DNA of 64,000 bases from Eubacteriales bacterium. GTDB taxonomy: Bacteria; Bacillota; Clostridia; Oscillospirales; CAG-382. The position numbers and the translations under genes were made by a program. Below are positions 56,304-64,000 of the stretch, one piece after another. The stretch spans positions 4,891-68,890 of the forward strand of contig JAZQFS010000064.1 of the NCBI GenBank assembly GCA_045539625.1, in the 5' to 3' direction. Below the pieces are notes generated by a model. The model ran no database searches. It was not told the origin of the DNA and worked only from the letters and a program-made list of their open reading frames with translations. Position 1 is the stretch's first letter, and the number at the start of each line of letters is the position of its first letter.

Positions 56304-56332
56304 GGAGGTTGAGATAATCAGCCTCCTTTTTT
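56304..56332 (+). terminator. Intrinsic terminator
   Basis: GGAGGTTGA-GATAA-TCAGCCTCC followed by T6. Confidence 0.8.
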
Positions 56333-56379
56333 ATTGTTATAATCAGACAATTCACGGCATAAACTGTAAAAACGGAGGT

Positions 56380-57084
56380 GTGCCTGTGCAAGCTTTTAAA
56401 ATAAGCGAAAAAAGGATTGATATAAAAACTCTCGTAGGTACAAAAACGGGAATAATACAAAGCATTAAGTACCCTTTTTTTGAAAGCCGTGAGCAAGATA
56501 TGGAAAAGCTGGCTGACAAAATGAACGGATTTTACGAAAAAACAGCAAGAAAATACAGCTCTTACGGCGAAAAAATCCTTTCAAAAAAGGTGGGACGTAT
56601 GGCGAAAAAATGCCGTTTGCCGTTGTGTATGGGTATGAAATATACCGCTGTGGAAAACGACGGGGGAATAATAAGCGTGGTGCTTGACCTTAGCTGCTCG
56701 GAGGGGAAAAACATACGTATGCGGCGGTTTACACAGATGTGGAGCAAGGAAAAAGCAAAGCTTATGACAACGGGAGAGCTGCTTGATTTGTCGGCAAAAA
56801 ACAAAAAGTATATTTTTGACCTTGTGACAGAGCAGGCGAAAAATATGAGCACAAAGGCAAACAAGGAGTTTTATCCCGATGTGGAAAAGCGCGTAAAGTA
56901 TCATTTTTGCTTCAATAACTGCTTTGCTTCGCCGTCGGGAGTGGTGTTCTTTTTCGATGCGGGAACTTTGAGGCAGACAAAATACGGTGCTTGCTGTTTT
57001 GTTGTACCGTATAAAAAGCTTGACGGTATTGTAAGAATCGGAGGGCTGTGGAAAAAAGAAAAGACTGAAAATGAAAATTTGTAA
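56380..57084 (+). CDS. DUF3298/RsiV-like protein
   Basis: KYPFF, IISVVL, F.....GVVFFF..G.L......F.VPY pattern; GTG start with GGAGG RBS. Confidence 0.55.
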   Translation: MPVQAFKISEKRIDIKTLVGTKTGIIQSIKYPFFESREQDMEKLADKMNGFYEKTARKYSSYGEKILSKKVGRMAKKCRLPLCMGMKYTAVENDGGIISVVLDLSCSEGKNIRMRRFTQMWSKEKAKLMTTGELLDLSAKNKKYIFDLVTEQAKNMSTKANKEFYPDVEKRVKYHFCFNNCFASPSGVVFFFDAGTLRQTKYGACCFVVPYKKLDGIVRIGGLWKKEKTENENL

Positions 57085-57202
57085 ATAATATATAAACATT
57101 GTCACGTTTTTTGTTGACAGTGTACAATTTGTGATATAATGTAACGGAATATCGTATTATAAGGTAAAATGGTATAATTATTTGAAAAAAGCGGAGAGAA
57201 AA

Positions 57203-59608
57203 ATGTCAAGATACATAGAAAAAGTAGAAAATATGACACTTCCTGCCATTCCCATGCGGGGACTTGTCATTTTCCCCGGAGTGCCGACGAGCTTTGAAAT
57301 AAACAGTAAGCGGTCTGTTGCTGCCATGAAGGCGGCGGCAATGTACGGCGGGAGCGTATTTCTTTCTTGTGTAAAGAATATGGATAAGCCCAACGAAAAG
57401 CCTGAGATGTACTCTATGGGTGTTGTTGCAAGAGTTAAGCAGTCGTTAAAGCTTCCCGACGGCAATTACAGGCTTCTTGTCGAAGGAATCACAAGAGCAG
57501 AAATAGCAGAAATTGTCCGTGACGAAGAATATATTACTGTAAATCTTCTTACAAAAAGCATATTCCTTCCCGATAACGGCGGAATAAAGGCTCAGGCACT
57601 TGTGGCGGAAGCCCTTGCTGCTTTTCAGGAATATATAAAGCTTATACCCAAAATTTCCAACGAGATAGTTGTAAGCATACAGGCAATAACCGATCCGGGA
57701 CTTCTTGCCGACTTTATTGCGGCAAACGTGCTGTTCAGATACGAAGACAAGCAGGCAGTTCTTGAGGAATGCGATCCCTTCAAGCGACTTGAAAGACTTG
57801 TTGTCATTCTTGAAAAGGAAAGGGAAGTGCTGTCTCTCAAAAACGATTTGCACGAAAAGGTAAGGGAACGTCTGGGCGACAACCAGAGAGAGTATTTCCT
57901 CAAGGAACAGCTCAAGCTTATTCACGATGAGCTTGGTATGGCGGGCGATCCCGATGAGGACGGCTACCATGAAAGAATTGCAAAGTCGGCGTTTGACGAT
58001 GAAGTAAAGGCAAGGCTCACAAAGGAAGCAAACAAGCTTTCAAAAATGGCTTTCGGCTCGTCTGAAAGCAGTGTTATAAGAAATTTCCTTGACACAATTT
58101 TAGAGCTTCCCACAGGGGTTTACACCAAGGATATCTTCAGCGTTGAAAAGGCACGTAAGGTGCTTGACGAAGACCACAACGGTATGGAAAAGGTTAAGGA
58201 AAGAATCCTTGAATATGTTGCGGTAAAGCAGTTAAGTCCTTCTCTTAAGGGACAGGTAATATGTCTTGTAGGACCTCCCGGTGTAGGTAAAAGCTCAATA
58301 GCTTCAAGCATTGCAAGGGCGATGGGAAGAAACTTTGTGCGTATTTCCCTTGGCGGTGTAAGAGATGAGGCTGATATAAGAGGTCACAGAAAAACCTATA
58401 TCGGTGCAATGCCGGGACGAATCGCCGAGGCTATGACAAGAGCAAAGAGTATGAATCCGGTAGTGCTGCTTGACGAAATTGACAAGCTGTCAAGAGATGC
58501 CCACGGCGATCCTGCTTCGGCACTTCTTGAAGCACTTGATTCCGAGCAGAACAAATCCTTCCGTGACCATTTTCTTGAAATACCCCTTGATATTTCGGAG
58601 TGTATCTTTATTGCAACGGCAAACAACGCCGAAACCATTCCCGATGCACTGTATGACAGAATGGAGGTTATCAACCTTCCGTCCTACACAAGAAATGAAA
58701 AGGCGGCAATTTTCAAGGATCATCTGCTTCCAAAGCAGCTTAAGCGTCACGGTCTTACAAAGAGAAATTTAAAACTGTCGGACGATGCGGTGTTTGAGCT
58801 TATCGACGGATACACAAAGGAAGCGGGAGTCAGAAATCTTGAAAGAGAAGCGGCGTCCCTTATAAGAAAAATTGCAATGAAGATTGCCGAGGGCGAAAAG
58901 AAGAGCTTTTCACTTAAGGCTAAGGATATAAGCACAATTATGGGTGCAAGAAAGAGCAAGCCCGATCCCATGCTTTCGGAAAACACGGTAGGTGTGGTAA
59001 ACGGTCTTGCCTGGACAAGTCTCGGCGGAGAAATGCTTCAGGTTGAGGTTGTTTCAATGCAGGGAACGGGAAAATTTGTGCTTACGGGAAAATTAGGCGA
59101 TGTTATGAAGGAGTCGGCACAGGCGGCTGAAAGCTACATAAGAAAGCACGCCTTTGAGCTTGGTATAAAGAATCCCGAATTTTATAAGGATACCGACATT
59201 CACATTCACGTCCCCGAGGGAGCTGTGCCCAAGGACGGACCAAGTGCGGGCGTTACCATGGTAAGTGCCATAGTTTCCGAGCTTTCCGGACGTAAGGCAA
59301 GATGTGATGTTGCAATGACAGGCGAGGTTACCCTTACGGGACGAGTGCTTCCCATAGGCGGACTTCGTGAAAAGACTATGGCGGCATACAAAAACGGTAT
59401 GAAGGTTGCAGTTATACCCTATGACAACATAAGCGACCTTGAAGAGTGCGACAAAACGGTGAAGGATGCAATTACCTTTGTTCCCGTAAAGCACGTAAGC
59501 GAGGTGCTGGAGGTTGTGCTTGAAGATGCGGCAGGAGAAGTGACGTCGGAAGAAAGCTTTGTTGTTCCCGCCGACAGTGTGACACAGGCAGTCCGTGCAC
59601 AAATATAA
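57203..59608 (+). CDS. lon: ATP-dependent Lon protease
   Basis: GPPGVGKS, LLDEIDK, PKDGPSAG, PIGGLREK. Confidence 0.97.
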   Translation: MSRYIEKVENMTLPAIPMRGLVIFPGVPTSFEINSKRSVAAMKAAAMYGGSVFLSCVKNMDKPNEKPEMYSMGVVARVKQSLKLPDGNYRLLVEGITRAEIAEIVRDEEYITVNLLTKSIFLPDNGGIKAQALVAEALAAFQEYIKLIPKISNEIVVSIQAITDPGLLADFIAANVLFRYEDKQAVLEECDPFKRLERLVVILEKEREVLSLKNDLHEKVRERLGDNQREYFLKEQLKLIHDELGMAGDPDEDGYHERIAKSAFDDEVKARLTKEANKLSKMAFGSSESSVIRNFLDTILELPTGVYTKDIFSVEKARKVLDEDHNGMEKVKERILEYVAVKQLSPSLKGQVICLVGPPGVGKSSIASSIARAMGRNFVRISLGGVRDEADIRGHRKTYIGAMPGRIAEAMTRAKSMNPVVLLDEIDKLSRDAHGDPASALLEALDSEQNKSFRDHFLEIPLDISECIFIATANNAETIPDALYDRMEVINLPSYTRNEKAAIFKDHLLPKQLKRHGLTKRNLKLSDDAVFELIDGYTKEAGVRNLEREAASLIRKIAMKIAEGEKKSFSLKAKDISTIMGARKSKPDPMLSENTVGVVNGLAWTSLGGEMLQVEVVSMQGTGKFVLTGKLGDVMKESAQAAESYIRKHAFELGIKNPEFYKDTDIHIHVPEGAVPKDGPSAGVTMVSAIVSELSGRKARCDVAMTGEVTLTGRVLPIGGLREKTMAAYKNGMKVAVIPYDNISDLEECDKTVKDAITFVPVKHVSEVLEVVLEDAAGEVTSEESFVVPADSVTQAVRAQI

Positions 59609-59624
59609 ATAAAGGACGGATAAA

Positions 59625-60272
59625 ATGAATTTAAACAACGCAAACTTAATACTTACGGCAGGTCTTCCAAGCCAGCTTCCCGGAATTATGCGTGATGAAA
59701 TTCCTCAGGTTGCCATGTGCGGACGAAGCAACGTAGGTAAAAGCTCACTTATAAATAAGCTGCTTAACCGAAAGAAGCTTGCACGTGTCAGTGCAGAGCC
59801 CGGAAAAACCGTGACCGTCAACTGCTATGACGTTGACTCATCACTGTATCTTGTTGACCTTCCCGGCTACGGTTACGCAAAGCGTTCCTTCTCGGAAAGA
59901 GAAAAGTGGAAAAAGCTTATTGACAGATATTTTGAAACACCCGGTCAGCGGCTTTATCTTCAGCTTGTTGACTTAAAGGTAGGACTTACCAAGGACGACG
60001 AGGCGATGGTAAGCTTTCTTACCTCGATGGATTTGCCCTTTGCGGTGGTATGTACAAAGGCTGATAAGCTCAATAAAACAAACAAGCTTAAAAACCTTGA
60101 AAGCATAAGAAAACATCCTCTTATTCCCGAAGATGCCGAGGTTATTGCATTTTCCTCGCAGACAGGAGAGGGAGCAGAGGAAGTTTGGAAGATTATCAAT
60201 GAATTTTGCGATTTTGTCGGCGGTAAAGAGATTTTGTCGGAGGAAGACAAAACACAAAACGCCGAGCAATAA
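59625..60272 (+). CDS. engB: Ribosome biogenesis GTPase EngB/YsxC
   Basis: GRSNVGKSS, DLPGYG, TKAD. Confidence 0.95.
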   Translation: MNLNNANLILTAGLPSQLPGIMRDEIPQVAMCGRSNVGKSSLINKLLNRKKLARVSAEPGKTVTVNCYDVDSSLYLVDLPGYGYAKRSFSEREKWKKLIDRYFETPGQRLYLQLVDLKVGLTKDDEAMVSFLTSMDLPFAVVCTKADKLNKTNKLKNLESIRKHPLIPEDAEVIAFSSQTGEGAEEVWKIINEFCDFVGGKEILSEEDKTQNAEQ

Positions 60273-60288
60273 AAAAGGACTAAGAAAA

Positions 60289-61593
60289 GTGAACACGATT
60301 TTATTACACGACAACTATTCCGTAAATGAAAAAGGACACTTTACGGTTTGCGGACACGATACCGTTTCTCTTGCGGAAAAGTTCGGCACGCCCTTGTATG
60401 TTATAGACCAAGACAAGGTAAGAGAAATGTGCAGAACATACAGAAAGGCGGCATCGGATAATTTTGAGGATTTTGACATTCTCTATGCAAGCAAGGCACT
60501 TTCCTTTAAGGGAATGTACAAAATTGCGGCAGAAGAAGGAATGTGCGTCGATGCTGTTTCAACAGGTGAGATTTACACGGCAATAAGCGCAGGCTTCCCC
60601 AAAGAAAAAATATATTTTCACGGCAACAACAAGATGAAAGAAGATATTGAATTTGCCGTTGAAAACGGAATCGGCTGCTTTGTCGCAGACAACTGCGAGG
60701 AGCTTGATTTTATCAATGACGCAGCAGACAAGAACGGCGTTGTTCAAAAGGTGCTTCTCAGAATCACCCCCGGCATTGACCCTCATACCCATGCAAAAAT
60801 TGCAACGGGAAATGTTGACTCAAAGTTTGGCGAGGCAATAGAGACGGGACAGGCTATGGATTTTGTAAAGCATGCACTGTCAAAGCAAAACTTAGAGCTT
60901 CTCGGTATACACTGCCATGTAGGCTCACAGAGCTTTGATCCTCAGCCTTTCATCGATGCCTGTGAGATTATGGCGAAATTTGCAAAAGCCATAAAGGACG
61001 AAACAGGCTATGAAATAAAGGTACTCGACCTTGGAGGCGGCTTTGGAGTAAGGTATCTTCCCGAACAGGAAAACCTTGACATTGCGTGGATGATTTCCGA
61101 AATTGCAAAAACCGTCAAGAAAACCGTGGCAGAAAACGGTCTTTCAATGCCAAAGATTATGTTTGAGCCGGGACGCAGTCTTGTTGCAGCATCGGGCGTT
61201 ACACTTTACAGTGTGGGACACGTAAAGGAAATCAAGGGATATAAAAACTACATTCCCGTAAACGGCGGTATGACGGACAATCCGAGATATGCTCTTTATG
61301 AAGCTCCCTACTACTGTCTTATAGCAAACAAGGCAAATGAAAAGATGGATTATCACGCAGACGTTGTAGGCTCCTGCTGTGAAAGCGGAGATATAATACA
61401 GCCGGATGTGGATATCCAAAAGCCGATTTACGGCGATATTCTTGCTGTTTGTGTAACGGGTGCATACAACTACAGTATGTCGTCAAATTACAACAGATTT
61501 TTAAAGCCTGCTCTTGTGCTTGTTTCAAAAGACAAGGCGGAAATCGGGGTAAAAAGAGAAACTCTGCGGGATATTGTAAGAAACGATATATAA
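60289..61593 (+). CDS. lysA: Diaminopimelate decarboxylase
   Basis: YASKA, SKFG, HCHVGSQ, DLGGG, EPGRS, CESGD, GAY; GTG start after an AAGGA RBS. Confidence 0.93.
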   Translation: MNTILLHDNYSVNEKGHFTVCGHDTVSLAEKFGTPLYVIDQDKVREMCRTYRKAASDNFEDFDILYASKALSFKGMYKIAAEEGMCVDAVSTGEIYTAISAGFPKEKIYFHGNNKMKEDIEFAVENGIGCFVADNCEELDFINDAADKNGVVQKVLLRITPGIDPHTHAKIATGNVDSKFGEAIETGQAMDFVKHALSKQNLELLGIHCHVGSQSFDPQPFIDACEIMAKFAKAIKDETGYEIKVLDLGGGFGVRYLPEQENLDIAWMISEIAKTVKKTVAENGLSMPKIMFEPGRSLVAASGVTLYSVGHVKEIKGYKNYIPVNGGMTDNPRYALYEAPYYCLIANKANEKMDYHADVVGSCCESGDIIQPDVDIQKPIYGDILAVCVTGAYNYSMSSNYNRFLKPALVLVSKDKAEIGVKRETLRDIVRNDI

Positions 61594-61633
61594 GAAAATA
61601 AAAAAATTATCATATAAAAAGGAAGTAAAGACA

Positions 61634-63034
61634 ATGTTAAAGAACACAGAAAAGTCAATGGACAAAATTGTAGCCTTCTGTAAAAACAGAGGTTACGTAT
61701 TCGCAGGCAGTGAAATTTACGGAGGTCTTGCAAACACATGGGACTACGGTCCTCTCGGCGTTGAGCTCAAGAACAACGTAAAGAAGGCATGGTGGAGAAA
61801 GTTCGTTCAGGAAAACCCCTACAATGTAGGTCTTGATGCGGCTATTCTCATGAATCCCCAGACTTGGGTGGCATCAGGTCACCTCGGCGGATTTTCCGAT
61901 CCTCTCATGGACTGCCGTGAGTGTCACGAAAGATTCAGAGCTGACAAGATTATCGAAGACTGGTGTGCAGAAACAGGCTTTGAGCTTGGCACAAGTGCAG
62001 ACGCAATGAGTCAGGAAGAAATGAAGGCGTTCATCGATGAACACAACATTCCCTGTCCTTCCTGCGGCAAGCACAACTTCACCGATATCCGTCAGTTCAA
62101 CCTTATGTTCAAGACATTCCAGGGTGTAACCGAGGACGCAAAGAACACCGTATACCTCAGACCTGAAACAGCTCAGGGTATTTTCGTAAACTTTGCAAAC
62201 GTACAGAGAACAACAAGAAGAAAAGTTCCCTTTGGTATTGCACAGATAGGCAAGTCCTTCAGAAACGAAATCACTCCCGGTAACTTTATTTTCCGTGTAC
62301 GTGAATTTGAACAGATGGAGCTTGAATTCTTCTGTAAGCCCGACACCGACCTTGAATGGTTTGACTACTGGAGAAGCTACTGCAAGGAATGGCTCCTCAG
62401 CCTCGGTATGAAGGAAGAAAACCTCAGACTCCGTGACCACGATCCCGAAGAGCTTTCCTTCTATTCAAAGGCAACAACAGACTTTGAATTCCTCTTCCCC
62501 TTCGGATGGGGCGAGCTGTGGGGTATTGCCGACAGAACAAACTATGACCTTACCCAGCACATTAACACTTCAAACAAGGACCTTTCTTACTTCGATCCCG
62601 AAACCAACGAAAGATACATTCCTTATGTTGTTGAGCCTTCTCTCGGTGTTGAAAGATGCTTCCTCAGCTTCCTTTGCGATGCTTATGACGAAGAAGAGCT
62701 TGAAGGCGGAGATGTAAGAACAGTTCTCAGACTTCATCCTGCACTTGCACCCTTCAAGGCTGCAGTTCTTCCTCTTTCCAAGAAGCTTTCCGATAAGGCA
62801 ACAGAGCTTTACCACGACCTTCAGAAGAGCTTTATGGTTGATTATGACGAAGCAGGCTCTATCGGTAAGAGATACAGAAGAGAAGACGAAATCGGTACTC
62901 CCTTCTGCATTACCGTTGACTTTGATACAGAAACAGACGGCTGCGTAACCATCAGAGAAAGAGACTCCATGACTCAGGAAAGAATTAAGCTTGAAGATGT
63001 AAAGGCTTATATTGAATCAAAGCTTGACTTTTAA
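61634..63034 (+). CDS. glyQS: Glycine-tRNA ligase, dimeric type
   Basis: [31 protein letters not shown]. Confidence 0.96.
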   Translation: MLKNTEKSMDKIVAFCKNRGYVFAGSEIYGGLANTWDYGPLGVELKNNVKKAWWRKFVQENPYNVGLDAAILMNPQTWVASGHLGGFSDPLMDCRECHERFRADKIIEDWCAETGFELGTSADAMSQEEMKAFIDEHNIPCPSCGKHNFTDIRQFNLMFKTFQGVTEDAKNTVYLRPETAQGIFVNFANVQRTTRRKVPFGIAQIGKSFRNEITPGNFIFRVREFEQMELEFFCKPDTDLEWFDYWRSYCKEWLLSLGMKEENLRLRDHDPEELSFYSKATTDFEFLFPFGWGELWGIADRTNYDLTQHINTSNKDLSYFDPETNERYIPYVVEPSLGVERCFLSFLCDAYDEEELEGGDVRTVLRLHPALAPFKAAVLPLSKKLSDKATELYHDLQKSFMVDYDEAGSIGKRYRREDEIGTPFCITVDFDTETDGCVTIRERDSMTQERIKLEDVKAYIESKLDF

Positions 63035-63050
63035 TTAAAATATATTCAGC

Positions 63051-63076
63051 GGGTCGATGTGGGCATCGACCCCTAC
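63051..63076 (-). repeat. GTAG-type REP palindrome
   Basis: GTAG-GGGTCGATG-CCCA-CATCGACCC on the minus strand. Confidence 0.7.
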
Positions 63077-63111
63077 TATTTTGTAGAAATCATGTTTGTT
63101 AAGAGGTAAAT

Positions 63112-63552
63112 ATGATAAATTTCAGAGCAATTGAACAGAAAGATAAAGAATTGTTTTTTGAGCTGTCCGAGGAGTTTTACAATTCTCCCGCAGTTCTTGC
63201 ACCGATAAATCCCGAATTTCACACAAATGCTTTTAATGAGCTTATGAGAAGCCGTGACTATCTTGAATGTTACATCATCGAGTATGACGGCGAAACCGCA
63301 GGCTTCGGTCTTCTCAACATCTGCTACTGCCATGAGGCAGGCGGTAAAATGGTGTGGTTTGAGGAGTTGTATATCCGTGAACAATTCCGCAGCCACGGAA
63401 TAGGCAGAAAGTTCTTTGCCTTTGTCGAGCAAAATCACCCTGCAATGCGCTATCGCCTTGAGGTGGAAAAGGAAAATGAGAGGGCGGTTAAGCTGTACAA
63501 AAGTCTGGGATATGATTTTCTTGAATATGACCAGATGATTCGTGATATGTAA
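63112..63552 (+). CDS. GNAT acetyltransferase
   Basis: ELYIREQFRSHGIG, NERAVKLYKSLGY. Confidence 0.9.
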   Translation: MINFRAIEQKDKELFFELSEEFYNSPAVLAPINPEFHTNAFNELMRSRDYLECYIIEYDGETAGFGLLNICYCHEAGGKMVWFEELYIREQFRSHGIGRKFFAFVEQNHPAMRYRLEVEKENERAVKLYKSLGYDFLEYDQMIRDM

Positions 63553-63565
63553 AGGAGAATAGCTT

Positions 63566-64000
63566 ATGCAACAGGATAAAAATTACGACGAAAACTTTAC
63601 CCGTCATGAAACTATGTCCGACGATAAGACGGATTGGTATGAGGTTACAAAAAAGGAATTTGATTTGTACGGTTTGGTGAAGGAGGAAAGTGACTTTTTT
63701 TCAAGACGTATGCCTGATGATGTGGCGAAAGATGTAAATGGCGGAGTCAGAACCATGTGCAGATACGGTGCAGGCGCAAGACTTTTGTTTTCCACAGATT
63801 CTTCCTTTGTGTCGCTAAGGGTTGAATATGGACCCGGTATGCTTCCTACTGTTTGTAACCATATTGTGGTTTACGGCTTTGATTTGTATAAATCCGACGA
63901 AAAAGGGGAGGAAACCTTTGTTGCGGCATACCGTCCTCCGGCAGATTTCAACAAGGAAAACTGCGACTATACCGCACAGACAAGAAACAACGGTGTTTTG
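63566..64000 (+). CDS. GxDLY-domain SGNH esterase, N-terminal part (runs off the window)
   Basis: AAGGAG RBS; RRMP..VA..VN and GARLLFSTDS...GFDLY. Confidence 0.7.
   Translation, partial: MQQDKNYDENFTRHETMSDDKTDWYEVTKKEFDLYGLVKEESDFFSRRMPDDVAKDVNGGVRTMCRYGAGARLLFSTDSSFVSLRVEYGPGMLPTVCNHIVVYGFDLYKSDEKGEETFVAAYRPPADFNKENCDYTAQTRNNGVL

Noticed and set aside
57114-57140. TTGACA...TATAAT upstream of lon
   Set aside because: The spacing is 15 bp. A promoter is likely here, but the elements cannot be assigned confidently.

Overview
Chromosomal window from an anaerobic Firmicute (Clostridia-like, inferred from SLH proteins, dimeric GlyRS, rpmG-secE-nusG-rplK-rplA and sigma-A promoters). No rRNA, tRNA, CRISPR array, transposase or integrase is visible. 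1-32 kb is a glycan-utilisation region. It has a GH115-like gene, a uxaC-RraA-uxuB-uxuA hexuronate operon, GH28-like, GH29 and SGNH enzymes, four AraC regulators, and four large secreted proteins built from shared uncharacterised modules, one followed by an unannotated 38-aa YxxP peptide. 32-38 kb holds a guanidine-IV riboswitch with pnuC and an oxidative-stress cluster (ferritin, rubredoxin, FprA, PepSY protein, reverse rubrerythrin) that shares a TTGTAATnATTACAA-like box with a distant perR. Two structural anomalies lie here. One is a 250-bp, 4-mismatch inverted duplication bracketing 7.3 kb. The other is a synonymously recoded second copy of the last 17 codons of the rubrerythrin gene, which bounds an AT-rich, integrase-less ~0.8-kb islet with arm-like repeats, so rbr appears to be an integration target. 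38-64 kb is mostly housekeeping (yigZ, ribosomal genes, plsY, metY, lon, engB, lysA, glyQS), plus a PIG-L/NagB-like amino-sugar unit, a multibranched CGATAT/ATATCG palindromic element and a GTAG-type REP. All family assignments are from motif recognition by eye; no database search was run.
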